A stretch of 61,588 bases of DNA, counting the filler. It is 7 parts of 7 records of this genome, joined end to end, with 100 filler letters (N's around TTAATTAATTAA, not from the genome) between each part and the next. Parts side by side here need not be neighbours in the genome. Positions count along the whole stretch, not along the records: positions 28,677 to 36,192 come from SRR31156797_13220; positions 36,293 to 42,896 come from SRR31156797_13222; 5 more parts are not named here. One strand, given 5' to 3'. Below the pieces are notes generated by a model, which worked only from the letters and a program-made list of their open reading frames with translations, was not told the origin of the DNA and ran no database searches. Positions 30,130-40,217 of the stretch are shown in pieces; within the stretch, counting starts at the first letter, position 1, and the number at the start of each line of letters is the position of its first letter. Position numbers and translations under genes: made by a program.

Positions 30130-30655
30130 AGTCCATCATATCGCCGTTAAGCTCGGCGAACTTTTCACTGATGACCGTTACCGCATCCTCGATAAGGCAT
30201 GTCTGTTCCTCGGCGTCCAGGGACAGGGGAGGAACGACGATCTTGAACAAGGGGGAGGTCTGCTTGAGAGGCCCCTCCTTGAAACTTACAGGCTTTCCCG
30301 TCTCTGCGATCTCCGCCATGACCGCATTGCTCAGTTCCAGAGACGCGGGAACGTCCTTGCGGAGTCCAATGCTCGTGTAGGCGATCTCGCGCTCGCCGCC
30401 CATAAGGGGGCCGATGGAGAGGAGAGATCCCGAATAGGTCAGAAACAGGGCTCCCCGCTCATCCAGGGGATCGAAATCGCCGACCTCGTCCATGCCGCGC
30501 TCGATCATCTCTTCCTCGAAAACACCCATCTTCTCAAGCCAGCACTGCTCGAGTGATGCCTTGGTGTCCAGAGAATCATCCAGACCGAACTTGACCGCCG
30601 CTTCCTTCAGGTGTTCGCCGACAAGCTCGGGTACGCTTTGTATTACTGTATTCAT
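30128..30655 (-). CDS. Hypothetical acidic protein
   Basis: 175-aa ORF with AGGAAGG RBS and coding-like codon usage; TYSGSL and YTSIGLRKDVP; no function recognised. Confidence 0.7.
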   Translation of the reverse strand: MNTVIQSVPELVGEHLKEAAVKFGLDDSLDTKASLEQCWLEKMGVFEEEMIERGMDEVGDFDPLDERGALFLTYSGSLLSIGPLMGGEREIAYTSIGLRKDVPASLELSNAVMAEIAETGKPVSFKEGPLKQTSPLFKIVVPPLSLDAEEQTCLIEDAVTVISEKFAELNGDMMD

Positions 30656-30786
30656 CTTACCTTCCTTCCTGGGGGGAATGATTCCATTGTGAAACAGATC
30701 ATCAAAACGCGGTATAGACCATTCGGTACATTCGGAATTGAAATTAGGAAGTGAAAAAAAATCAAAATTGCTGTATATATGGGAGT

Positions 30787-31341
30787 ATGGCCGAAAAGAA
30801 ATGGTTCCTCAGAGGAAAGATGAAAGACAACTCTCCCTGGTTCATCCCCCTGGACAAGAGCGAGATCACCATAGGAAGAAGCAACGACTGCGGTCTGATC
30901 CTCCAGACGCCTTCCGTCTCCCGCAGGCACAGCCAGCTCAGGATCTTCGGGGGCGAGGTCTATCTCAAGGACCTGGGAAGCCGGAACGGCACCTATATCA
31001 ACGGCGTCAAGCTGAGCGGCGAGAAGGAGCTCCGGGACGGCGACATCATCCGCATGGGAAAGCAGGAGTTCGTCTTCCTGGAAGAGGATGAGGACGATAC
31101 GGAGAAGACCATCATCGACACGGGCCGTCAGCAGGAGATGAACTTCGCCCAGCGCTTCGGCATATCCGCCCGGGAGGAGGAGGTCCTCTACCTGCTGGTC
31201 AAAGGGCTGAAGATCAAGGACATCAGCGAGAAGCTGTTCATCTCCCAGGGCACGGCCAAGAACCATGTCCTGAGCATCTACCAGAAGACCGGCTGCCACA
31301 GCCGGATTGAGTTGTCACAGAGCTTTCAGGAATTCTCCTGA
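30787..31341 (+). CDS. FHA domain-LuxR HTH fusion regulator
   Basis: FHA signature IGRS...VSRRH...DLGSRNGTYING; LuxR ISAREEEVL..G...I...LFISQGTAKNH; start at ATG 30787 after GGGAG. Confidence 0.88.
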   Translation: MAEKKWFLRGKMKDNSPWFIPLDKSEITIGRSNDCGLILQTPSVSRRHSQLRIFGGEVYLKDLGSRNGTYINGVKLSGEKELRDGDIIRMGKQEFVFLEEDEDDTEKTIIDTGRQQEMNFAQRFGISAREEEVLYLLVKGLKIKDISEKLFISQGTAKNHVLSIYQKTGCHSRIELSQSFQEFS

Positions 31342-33632
31342 TCCTCCAGGCGGAAGGGCCTGAGACGCAGGATGAGCAGGGGCGTGATGTAGATATCCGC
31401 CAGGTAGGCGGCCGCCATGCCCGCGAAACTCAGAATCCCCATATAGATAAGGCTGTTCACCCGGGAGACCGTGAAGACCAGAAAGGTCAGGCAGAGGATG
31501 ATGGTGGTCTGCGTAATGGCGGATCCCACCACCTGAAAGCTGTGCCTGATTCCGACGGCATAGTCCCTCTTGTCGCAGATGCCGAACTTCATATAGCTGA
31601 TAAAGTGGATGGTATCGTCCACGGCCAGCCCCATGATGAGGGGGGCCACCGTCATGGTGACGAACTCCAGGGGTATGCCCGCGAATCCCATCACAGCCCC
31701 GCAGATGACAATGGGGAAGACGTTGGGAATCATGGCGATCAGCCCCAGGCGGAAACTCCGGAAGACCAAGATCATCAGAATCGTAATCATCACCAGTCCC
31801 ATCAGGATGGAGCGGACAAGACCGCGGGTCACGTACTGGTTCATCAGGGCCATCTGATAGGTGGAGCCGCTCAGGAAGTACTCCGCATCGCCGAATCGGG
31901 ATTTGACCATGCCATCGATACGCTCCAGATTCTCCTCGATGACGCGTGAAGAGAAATCGGACAGCTCGATCCGGATCCGGGTGGTCCGGTAGTCTTCGGC
32001 GACCCACTCCTCCAGAAGCTCCGGCGCTATGCGCCCCGCCAGATTGAACAGCGCCCTCAGCTGGCTCTCTTTTTCAGGAACTGCGGCGGCGCTGCGCCCC
32101 CTGTGGAAGATCCTGTTGAACTCCTTTACATTGCCGATCATCGAACCGGTCCGTGTCACCAGGGGCAGGGTCTCCAGGTCCGCCTGAAGAGCCGCGATGC
32201 GGTCCAGTGAATCCAGACTGCGGAATGCGCCTTCTTCCTCAAGCTGAAGGGTCAGATCTATAAACTCGGTGGATCCGATCTGGGAAAGGCCGACCCGTTT
32301 CTGGTCCTGCATATGGGGAAGCCTGAGCCCCATCATCTTTTCCGCATTGAAGTCCACCCTCAGCAGTGAGGCGCCCCAGACGGCGGCCAGGGTGATCACG
32401 ACGAAACTGACCAGTATCAGCTTCTCATGACCCAGAACACGATCGGAGAGCCGCCCCAGAAGGGGCTCGAAGTCCTTCTTTTTCCTCTCCCGGGCCATGA
32501 TCTTCTCTCCGTTCTTACCCATCGACAGGATAACGGGGAAGAGGGTCATACTGAGGATATAGACGACGAACAGACAGATGGCCGAGGTATAGCCTACCCA
32601 GCGGATGGGCTCGATCTCGACAAAGACGAAGGTCAGCACAGCGGCGGAGGTCGTGATCACCGTAAAGAGTATGGGACGCCAGGTCTTGTCCAGCGCCCGG
32701 AGCACGGCGGCCTGACGGTTCCCGCTCTCCGCCAGGTAGTGGGAGAAGAAGTGGGTGATGTGGACCGTGTACCCTATGGTGAGCCCCATGGTAAGGAGGA
32801 TGGGTACCGCCATAAAGGCATTGTCCAGCTCCATCCCCAGGCGGCCGTACATGCCGAATACGGATACGATGGCTCCGATGATGACCATAAAGGTCCCCAG
32901 TATGGCATTCAGGTTCTGCAGGACCAGGGTGGTCAGAATGGCGGACATGATCACGCCCACAACGAGGATCATCATGAAGTCGCCCAGCATCTCCACCTCT
33001 TTCCGGTGGGCGTAGACGGGAAGACCCGTAGGGGTGATGCGGATCCCCTCGGGAACGTCGATCCCGCTGATGATCCGGTAGGCCTCTTCTCCCGCCGTGA
33101 ACTGGGGGGTCTGCGTCCCGTCCCAGTCCCCTCCTTCGGGATACTCTTCCAGATTCAGAAGGATCCAGGCCTCCCGGCCGTCATGAGAGAAAAGGGTTCC
33201 CGCCATGGATTCGATCTTAGCGAAGTTCTCCTTCAGCCTGAGCCGCTCCTCATCGGTGGAGACGAGGGTCTCTCCGTCGAAGCCGAAGGCCTCTCCACCG
33301 GCGATCACGGGATTCACCGCAGTCAGGGAGAGGATGCTCTCCGCGAAAGGGACGCCCTCCTCCAGGCGGAGGCCTATGCGGTTTATGGTTTCCAGGGATT
33401 CCCTTGAAAAGACATCATCCGACTCCAGCAGCACGGCTATGAACTCATGACTGCCGAAGAGACTTTCAAAACGGTCCTGAGAGTGGAGGACCGGATCGTC
33501 CTCCATAAAATAATCAGCTATATCCGTCGTAAAACGGATCTTCATCAGTCCGGGGACACTGATGAGAATCAAGGCTGCAAAGAGAATAAGGACCAGTACG
33601 GCCCGGTCCAGAATTAATACGAAGCGTTTCAA
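31326..33632 (-). CDS. MMPL/RND superfamily lipid exporter
   Basis: Two RND repeats; GLTIGYTVH and GLAVDDTIHF transmembrane motifs. Confidence 0.88.
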   Translation of the reverse strand: MKRFVLILDRAVLVLILFAALILISVPGLMKIRFTTDIADYFMEDDPVLHSQDRFESLFGSHEFIAVLLESDDVFSRESLETINRIGLRLEEGVPFAESILSLTAVNPVIAGGEAFGFDGETLVSTDEERLRLKENFAKIESMAGTLFSHDGREAWILLNLEEYPEGGDWDGTQTPQFTAGEEAYRIISGIDVPEGIRITPTGLPVYAHRKEVEMLGDFMMILVVGVIMSAILTTLVLQNLNAILGTFMVIIGAIVSVFGMYGRLGMELDNAFMAVPILLTMGLTIGYTVHITHFFSHYLAESGNRQAAVLRALDKTWRPILFTVITTSAAVLTFVFVEIEPIRWVGYTSAICLFVVYILSMTLFPVILSMGKNGEKIMARERKKKDFEPLLGRLSDRVLGHEKLILVSFVVITLAAVWGASLLRVDFNAEKMMGLRLPHMQDQKRVGLSQIGSTEFIDLTLQLEEEGAFRSLDSLDRIAALQADLETLPLVTRTGSMIGNVKEFNRIFHRGRSAAAVPEKESQLRALFNLAGRIAPELLEEWVAEDYRTTRIRIELSDFSSRVIEENLERIDGMVKSRFGDAEYFLSGSTYQMALMNQYVTRGLVRSILMGLVMITILMILVFRSFRLGLIAMIPNVFPIVICGAVMGFAGIPLEFVTMTVAPLIMGLAVDDTIHFISYMKFGICDKRDYAVGIRHSFQVVGSAITQTTIILCLTFLVFTVSRVNSLIYMGILSFAGMAAAYLADIYITPLLILRLRPFRLEDQENS

Positions 33633-33652
33633 TCCGCCATCCCGAAATGCCG

Positions 33653-34423
33653 TCAGGACCTGTGATGGTCTGCGATGGTGTCTTCCATCCAGCAGGCCAC
33701 CTTCTCGGCCATATCACGAAGCTCCTGTTTGGGAAAGGTCTTTCCTCCGTCCTGCAGAGCGGGGGGATAGAAGGCTTCTCCGAAGACACAGGTCATCCTC
33801 ACCCAGTTGGGGGGAAGCTCCTTTCCGAAGAACTTGCGCCTTTTTATGACATAGACCATGGGGACCACGGGGGCCTGATGGAGGTAGGCCTGGTGAAAGG
33901 CTCCCAGCTTGAACTTATGAATGGTCTGGCTGAGATGCACCAGCTCCCCTTCGGGAAGGAAGTGGACATGGTAGCCCCGTCTGAGGGCCTCGCCCACGGG
34001 CCCCGTGATCATCTTGAATCCCACCGGATTGGCGGGAATGGGAAAGGCCTTGAGAACCCGCAGCACAAAACGGACGAAGGGTACCTCGTAGTTCCTCTGC
34101 ACCACCGAGATATAGAGTCTCTTGGGAGCCAGCACGTAGTTGGCGAAGACCGTATCGAAGTAATGGCAGTGGTTGGATACGGTGATACAGCCCTGCTTGC
34201 GCAGAACCTTTCTAACCAGCTTTTTGTTTTCTATGCGCAGCCCGAAAAAGAAGGTGCAGAGCCATACGATAAAGAAAGTAACCGCAAAGATCGGAAAGGT
34301 GACAACCGCAAACCAGCGGTCGAAATAAATAAATTTATAAGGCTTCCGGAAGTCGATCTTTTTAATATTATTTACCTCAATGATCTTCTCTTCCGGAACA
34401 TCAGGACGTTCTCTCATTTCCAT
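33653..34423 (-). CDS. Lysophospholipid (PlsC-like) acyltransferase
   Basis: NHCHYFD (HX4D), FLPEGE, FKLGAF. Confidence 0.9.
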   Translation of the reverse strand: MEMRERPDVPEEKIIEVNNIKKIDFRKPYKFIYFDRWFAVVTFPIFAVTFFIVWLCTFFFGLRIENKKLVRKVLRKQGCITVSNHCHYFDTVFANYVLAPKRLYISVVQRNYEVPFVRFVLRVLKAFPIPANPVGFKMITGPVGEALRRGYHVHFLPEGELVHLSQTIHKFKLGAFHQAYLHQAPVVPMVYVIKRRKFFGKELPPNWVRMTCVFGEAFYPPALQDGGKTFPKQELRDMAEKVACWMEDTIADHHRS

Positions 34424-34426
34424 AAC

Positions 34427-35605
34427 TTAAGCAAACTTGGATTCTTCCGCGGGCAGAAGATCCTCAGACCCCTTTGAATAATTTATTATGTCTTCATAGA
34501 GCTGTTCCATTCCGGAGACGGCTCTCTCCATTCTATACCTATCTGCCATGACAAGGATATCTTTTTTAGCATTTTTCAGCTCATCCCTGCGCTCGTACCA
34601 GTAGTCGATCTTCGCGGCCATATCGTCGGCATCGTCCATCTCGAAGATCAGCCTGTCATCCAGAGCGAACTGACTGGCCGCGCTGTTGGGAGAGTTCCCG
34701 ATAAGACAGGGTAGTCCGCAGCCGATGGCCTCCAGACAGGACAGACTCTCCAACTCGATCAGAGAGGAGTGAAGGTACATATCGGCAGTATTCAGATAGA
34801 GGAGTTTTTCCTCTTCGCTAATATAACGTATCTGAGGCTCTACGGGAAGGTCTGCGGCGGCCTTCTTCAGATCATCCCCATCCTCCCCCTTTCCGCAGAT
34901 CAGGAGCAGGATGTCGTCCCTATACTTCGAGCGCCTGACCGCCTCGATCATCAGCCCCTGTCTCTTCTCCTGGGCGAAGCGGCCCACATTCATCAAAACA
35001 AAGCGCTCTCCGAATGAATCGGGCCTCTCGGCTCCGGCCAGAGGAATATATTCCCGGGGAATTCCGTTAGAGATAATCCTGAAATGAGCCGTGCTTCCCT
35101 TGCTCTTTATCAGGTCGGCGGCCATGGCGGAGGGGCAGTGAACGGCCTCCACGCGGGCAAAGAGCTCATAGTTGAACCAGGCGTTGATCATCCTCTCGGC
35201 TATGCTCTTGTCCTGCCCTATGGCGCCGATCAGGTTCTGGCTCTGGATATGGCAGGCCCCCACCACGGGAACGTTCATCTCCCGGGCCACGCGAACCGCG
35301 TTAGCGGCGCAGAAGAAGGGAAACTGAACATGCACCACATCCGCACCCTCATAGGCCCTGCGGAAGACCTTTTTATCCCCCTTGGCGAACTTGAAGTTCA
35401 TGCTCTCCAGGGATTCCCTGATTCCGGGCAGATAAAATCCCTTTACATAGAAAACATCCCCCCCGAACTCCTCAGAGTGAGCGCTCATCGTGGTGACAAG
35501 GGCCACGTCATGTCCCCTGCCCCGCAGCTCGGCCACCATACGACGGGCGGCGACGACGCCTCCGTTACCGGGACTCCAGCTGTCTATAACCAGTACGATT
35601 CTCAT
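34427..35605 (-). CDS. GT4 glycosyltransferase (diacylglycerol glycosyltransferase-like)
   Basis: NGG, ISNGI, VGRFAQEKRQ, ELESLSCLEAIGCG (EX7E). Confidence 0.9.
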   Translation of the reverse strand: MRIVLVIDSWSPGNGGVVAARRMVAELRGRGHDVALVTTMSAHSEEFGGDVFYVKGFYLPGIRESLESMNFKFAKGDKKVFRRAYEGADVVHVQFPFFCAANAVRVAREMNVPVVGACHIQSQNLIGAIGQDKSIAERMINAWFNYELFARVEAVHCPSAMAADLIKSKGSTAHFRIISNGIPREYIPLAGAERPDSFGERFVLMNVGRFAQEKRQGLMIEAVRRSKYRDDILLLICGKGEDGDDLKKAAADLPVEPQIRYISEEEKLLYLNTADMYLHSSLIELESLSCLEAIGCGLPCLIGNSPNSAASQFALDDRLIFEMDDADDMAAKIDYWYERRDELKNAKKDILVMADRYRMERAVSGMEQLYEDIINYSKGSEDLLPAEESKFA

Positions 35606-35646
35606 CTTCAGCTCCCTAAGCGCAAGCCCTTAGAACCATTATAATC

Positions 35647-35675
35647 AAAAATACGGCCCCTTGCAGGGCCGTATT
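35647..35675 (-). terminator. Terminator between the two GT4 genes
   Basis: AATACGGCCC/GGGCCGTATT stem with a T run on the minus strand. Confidence 0.7.
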
Positions 35676-35691
35676 CCATAGCGCTAACGAA

Positions 35692-36192
35692 CTAGGCGAA
35701 CTGTTTTTCCTCGGCGGGCAGCTGGTCGCCGCCGCCGTTCGTATACTCGATCACATCGCGGTGGAGCTGCTCCATCGCATCGATAACCCTGTCCATGCGG
35801 TAGTACTCCGCAGTCTCCAGGGCCTTCTTCTTCATCTCTTTCAGCTCGTCCCTGTTCTCGTACCAATAGTCGATCTTCCGGGCCATCTCGTCCACATCGT
35901 CATACTGGAAAACAAAATTCTCATTCATGGCGAACTGGCTGGCCGCGCTGAGGGGAGAGTTTCCGATCAGGCAGGGAAGACCCGATCCCAGAGCCTCGAG
36001 ACAGGAGAGGCTCTCCAGCTCGATCAGGGAGGAGTGAAGGTAGATGTCTGCCGTGTTGAGGTAGGTCATTTTCTCCTCTTCGCTGATAAAATCGATCCGA
36101 GGGGGAACGGGAAGCTCCGCAGCGGCGGTCTTCAGCTCTTCCTCGGAAGGCCCTTTGCCGCAGATCAGCAGCTGGATATTGTCCTTGTACTT
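35692..36192 (-). CDS. Paralogous GT4 glycosyltransferase, C-terminal part (5' end lost at contig break)
   Basis: Open frame from the contig edge: KYKDNIQLLICGKG...YLNTADIYLHSSLIELESLSCLEA, closely similar to 34427-35605. Confidence 0.88.
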   Translation of the reverse strand, partial: KYKDNIQLLICGKGPSEEELKTAAAELPVPPRIDFISEEEKMTYLNTADIYLHSSLIELESLSCLEALGSGLPCLIGNSPLSAASQFAMNENFVFQYDDVDEMARKIDYWYENRDELKEMKKKALETAEYYRMDRVIDAMEQLHRDVIEYTNGGGDQLPAEEKQFA

Positions 36193-36292
36193 NNNNNNNN
36201 NNNNNNNNNNNNNNNNNNNNNNNNNNNNNNNNNNNNTTAATTAATTAANNNNNNNNNNNNNNNNNNNNNNNNNNNNNNNNNNNNNNNNNNNN
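36193..36292. other. Artificial contig spacer
   Basis: 44 N + TTAATTAATTAA + 44 N. Confidence 0.99.
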
Positions 36293-36738
36293 TCGGTGAA
36301 GCTCTCCCAGCCCCGGCCCTGATGGGAGCCGGCCCGGCGGGCCTCCACGGTCAGTACCGAGTTCAGAAGGAGAATGCCCTGGTCGGCCCAGCTGTTGAGG
36401 CAGCCGTGGGGCGGGGGAGCGAGGCCCAGGTCCGTCTCCATCTCCTTGTAGATGTTGATCAGGCTGGGAGGGGGATCGACTCCCGGCTGAACGGAGAAGC
36501 AGAGGCCGTGGGCCTGTCCGGGGCCGTGGTAGGGATCCTGGCCCAGTATGACGACCTTCACCCTGTCGAAGGGGGTGCGGTCCAAGGCAGCGAAGATCTG
36601 CTGGCCCGGAGGAAAGATGGTCTTTCCCTTCTGCTTCTCTTCCAGAAGGAACTGGCGAAGCTCCTCCATATAGGGTTTCCCGAACTCATCTGCCATAACA
36701 TTCAGCCAGCTCTCGTCCAGCTTGATCTCTCTGCTCAT
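36293..36738 (-). CDS. ung: Uracil-DNA glycosylase, 3' truncated
   Basis: [40 protein letters not shown]. Confidence 0.96.
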
Positions 36739-36874
36739 GTACGTCTCTCCTGAACAGCAGATTAGCACAGGCCCGCGGAAATGGCAAAGTTCTCTCCCCT
36801 TCTGGTTGCTTCATCTCGCTTGCCTGTCGGCAGGTTCGCTTTGGATGGAATCGATAATCCTTTAGAAATTGAAT

Positions 36875-36915
36875 TTGACACACTCGAATATCGGTGGTAT
36901 TCTACGTGTATACCA
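36875..36915 (+). promoter_or_regulatory. sigma70 promoter of the tct operon overlapped by a GntR-type palindrome
   Basis: TTGACA-17 nt-TATTCT; TGGTAT-N9-ATACCA (36895-36915) covers the -10 box. Confidence 0.65.
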
Positions 36916-37053
36916 AATGAATACATATGGATTGCTGATCCCGTTGAGAAGGGTTCCGCAGTTCTGGAAAAGGATTGATTGTAACTCCGTCCGATGCCCC
37001 CATGTCGGAGCGGATGAACAATAAACAAGTCTATCAGGTTGAAGGAGAAATTC

Positions 37054-38034
37054 ATGAAAAGATTGTTAGCGGTTTTCTCTCTGGTTCTGCTGTGCGGCGC
37101 ATTGCTGTCGGCCGAGGGTCAGAGCGACAAGGTCTATCCCAGCAAGGATATCAAGTTTATCAGCGCCGGTAATGCCGGCGGGGGAGCGGACGCTCTTTCC
37201 AGAAAGATCTGCGCCATCGTCCAGGAAGACCTGGGCGAGAATTTTTACATACTGAACAAGGGCGGATCATCCGACGCCAACGGACCCAGCGAGCTGATGA
37301 AAGCCAAGGCCGACGGATATACGGTGGGACAGCTCCTTTACGGATCCTGCGTATCCGCCGTGTGGAACGAAGTCCTTCCCGGTTACGACCTTGCCGATCT
37401 TGAGATCTTCGGAATGGTTTCCGCTGAGGCCGACTCTTTCGTCGCGGGAAAGCACAGCGGCATCAGCTCCTTCGAGGATCTGATCGCCAAAGCCAAGGCC
37501 GCTCCCAATACCATCACCGTCGCCGACCAGGGCGCCGGTTCCAGAACCTACATGATCGTACGTCAGGTAGAAGAGAAGTTCGGCGTTAAATTCAACAACG
37601 TATCCTACCCCGGCTCCGGAAACATGAGAGAAGCCATCCTGAACAAAGAGCTGGATGTGGGCGTTAACTCTCTGGGCGACTTCTCACCCATCATCGACTC
37701 AGGCGATGCGGTTGGTCTAGTTGAGTTCAGCCCCAAGACCAATGGAAAGTACAGCGACGTACCCTGCGTTCCCGATCTGGGAATGCCCTCCGAGATGGAG
37801 AGCGGCTCCTTTTTCGCCCTGGCCGTTCCCAAGGGAACTCCCGAGGATATCATTGAACAGCTGGCCGCTGCCTTCAAGAAGGGCGTCGAAGGGGATGAGT
37901 TCATCGGATTCTGCAACAGCATCGGCGTTACCCCCGTTTCCATGAGCCGGGAAGAGGCCAATGCCTATGTCTACGGTGTCCAGGAAAGGGCGTTCAAGGC
38001 CCTTCAGGAACTGAAAGACAAGGGACTTATCTGA
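37054..38034 (+). CDS. tctC: Tripartite tricarboxylate transporter substrate-binding protein (TctC/Bug)
   Basis: Signal peptide, YPSKDI, AGGGADALSR, ADGYT, VPKGTP. Confidence 0.9.
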   Translation: MKRLLAVFSLVLLCGALLSAEGQSDKVYPSKDIKFISAGNAGGGADALSRKICAIVQEDLGENFYILNKGGSSDANGPSELMKAKADGYTVGQLLYGSCVSAVWNEVLPGYDLADLEIFGMVSAEADSFVAGKHSGISSFEDLIAKAKAAPNTITVADQGAGSRTYMIVRQVEEKFGVKFNNVSYPGSGNMREAILNKELDVGVNSLGDFSPIIDSGDAVGLVEFSPKTNGKYSDVPCVPDLGMPSEMESGSFFALAVPKGTPEDIIEQLAAAFKKGVEGDEFIGFCNSIGVTPVSMSREEANAYVYGVQERAFKALQELKDKGLI

Positions 38035-38051
38035 TCCTCAGTACTTAAGCC

Positions 38052-38083
38052 GAGTGGGCGGCTCCCAGGGGTCGCCCATTTTT
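38052..38083 (+). terminator. Intergenic hairpin after tctC (partial terminator or mRNA stabiliser)
   Basis: GTGGGCGGCTCC/GGGTCGCCCAT stem followed by T run. Confidence 0.55.
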
Positions 38084-38098
38084 AGGAGTCATTTTTAA

Positions 38099-38623
38099 AT
38101 GAAGAGCAAAAACCTGTATCTGAGTTCAAACGTACTGACCTCTGTGGGAATCATCGTCATTCTCCTGGGGTACATTGCGGAGTCTCTCAGGATGAGCTGG
38201 ATCGTCAAAGACGGTCTGCCTTCGGAGTCTTTTTTTCCTGTCATTATTTTTCTGCTGGGCTTTCCCATCGCCGTGTATCTTCTGGTCACCGGGCTGAGGG
38301 ATGCAAGGAAAAACAATACTACTCCGAACGAAGGCACAGCCGCCTGCATAAAAACTGAAACTGAAGATAATGAGGCCGGAGCGATCAAGGTCGCCCATAA
38401 GCCTGTGTATATAACGATCCTTACCTTTGTCTTTGTCTTCCTGTTCAAGTACCTCGGCTATACCATTGCGGCGCCGCTGTACGTGTTCGCCTTTCAGCTT
38501 ATCTATGACGATAAGATGGAGCATCTGCCGAAAAAGGCAATCGCCTCCGTGCTTATCGCCGTTCTTGTGTACGGTCTGTACGTAGGAGTTTTCAATATTA
38601 TGTTTCCGGAGGTGTGGAAGTGA
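38099..38623 (+). CDS. tctB: TctB small membrane subunit
   Basis: FFP motif, four TM segments, LGY, lies between tctC and tctA. Confidence 0.85.
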   Translation: MKSKNLYLSSNVLTSVGIIVILLGYIAESLRMSWIVKDGLPSESFFPVIIFLLGFPIAVYLLVTGLRDARKNNTTPNEGTAACIKTETEDNEAGAIKVAHKPVYITILTFVFVFLFKYLGYTIAAPLYVFAFQLIYDDKMEHLPKKAIASVLIAVLVYGLYVGVFNIMFPEVWK

Positions 38624-40176
38624 ACAGCCTTTTGCAAATCCTTGAAGGATTCTCCATCCTGACCAGTCCGATGTCCCTTCTTTTGCTCAGCGCCGGTTTT
38701 TTCATCGGTATCATATTCGGATGCCTTCCGGGGCTGACGGCCACGCTGGCCATCGTGCTCCTGATGCCCATTACCTACTCCATGCCTGTGTCTCAGGCCC
38801 TGGTTGTGTGTGCGGGAGTCTATATGGCCGGTACCTATTCGGGATCGATTTCGGCCATTACCCTCAATATTCCCGGCGCTCCCGCATCCATGATGACCAA
38901 TATGGAAGGCTATCCCATGATGAGGAGAGGCCAGGGGGCTCATGCCATCGGCTCCGTAACCATCGGCTCGGCCATCGGCGGTACCATCGGCTGTATCCTG
39001 TTGATCCTGGTCGCTCCCCTTACCATGAAGCTGGCCCTCAATATCAGGACTCCGGGCAAGGGCGCCCTGGTCTTCTTCGCTCTGGTCGTCGTTTCCCTGC
39101 TTTCCGACAGCAAGGCCAAGGGGCTCATCTCTCTGGCCTTCGGGTGCATGCTCTCCACCATCGGTATGGATGTGCTGAGCAATAACTCACGCTTCACCTT
39201 CCAGATTCCCAGCATGCTTCAGGGGATCGAGCTGACGACCATCATCATCGGGGCCTTCGCTCTGAGTGAGATCCTTGCCCAGTCCACTGTAAACAACAGG
39301 GAATACAGGGAGCGGGTCAGAAAGGCGAACGCCACGAAGTTCAAAAGAAAAGACTTCTTCCCCAGCCTTGAAGAAATGAGGGCCATCGGAGTCAAGACCT
39401 ATGTCAAGAGCGCCCTCATCGGGTACATCATCGGTGTTCTGCCCGGAAGCGGCGCCTCTATGGCGGCCTTTGTGTCCTATGCGGAAGCCAAGAGAAGCTC
39501 TGAAAACCCCGAGAAATACGGAAAGGGTTACGTAGAGGGTATGGTCGCCGCTGAAACGGCAAACAACGCGGTCTGCGGCGGCGCCCTTATCCCCATGCTC
39601 TCCCTCGGGATCCCCGGTGACGGCGTGACGGCTGTCGTTCTGGGCGTCCTCATGATCTACGGAATCGTGCCCGGGCCCACATTGCTGACCCAGCAGATGG
39701 GCGATATCGCTCCCATGTTTATCGCGCTGCTCATTTCCGCAGCCGTTCTGCTGCCTGTGTCCCTGTTCCTCTTCGGACCCTTCTATCTGAAGATCGCGGG
39801 GATCCCCCGTCTGCCCCTGTACAGTTCCATCGGTCTGATCGCCATCCTGGGGGTTTACTCCTCCACTATGGATTATTTTCAGATGGGCGTGGCCCTGGCT
39901 ATCGGCGTGCTGATGTTCTTCCTGGGGAAGCAGAACTACCCGAAGGTGCCGTTCATTCTCGGGGTCATCCTGGGGCCTCTGTTCGAGCTCTACCTGAGAA
40001 CGGCCATGTCCATCAGCAACGGCAATCCCATGATCTTTCTGACCAGTCCCGACAGCCTGTTCTTCCTTCTGCTGACCCTGTTCTTTGCCATATTCCTGCC
40101 CAGGGTGAACAGGAAATCGCATGAAAAGGCCGTTGAAGATCATGGCAGCGAGTCTGTAACAGAGTGTTGTGACTAA
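38614..40176 (+). CDS. tctA: TctA large membrane subunit
   Basis: GCLPGL, NIPGAPAS, ETANNA, LGIPGD. Confidence 0.93.
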   Translation: MEVNSLLQILEGFSILTSPMSLLLLSAGFFIGIIFGCLPGLTATLAIVLLMPITYSMPVSQALVVCAGVYMAGTYSGSISAITLNIPGAPASMMTNMEGYPMMRRGQGAHAIGSVTIGSAIGGTIGCILLILVAPLTMKLALNIRTPGKGALVFFALVVVSLLSDSKAKGLISLAFGCMLSTIGMDVLSNNSRFTFQIPSMLQGIELTTIIIGAFALSEILAQSTVNNREYRERVRKANATKFKRKDFFPSLEEMRAIGVKTYVKSALIGYIIGVLPGSGASMAAFVSYAEAKRSSENPEKYGKGYVEGMVAAETANNAVCGGALIPMLSLGIPGDGVTAVVLGVLMIYGIVPGPTLLTQQMGDIAPMFIALLISAAVLLPVSLFLFGPFYLKIAGIPRLPLYSSIGLIAILGVYSSTMDYFQMGVALAIGVLMFFLGKQNYPKVPFILGVILGPLFELYLRTAMSISNGNPMIFLTSPDSLFFLLLTLFFAIFLPRVNRKSHEKAVEDHGSESVTECCD

Positions 40177-40217
40177 GGTCGGTAACATTAATCATTAAAT
40201 ATTGAAGAGGAAACATC

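Noticed and set aside
35761-36768. ORFs extending into or across N spacers
   Set aside because: Their ends are defined by the artificial linker, not by biology
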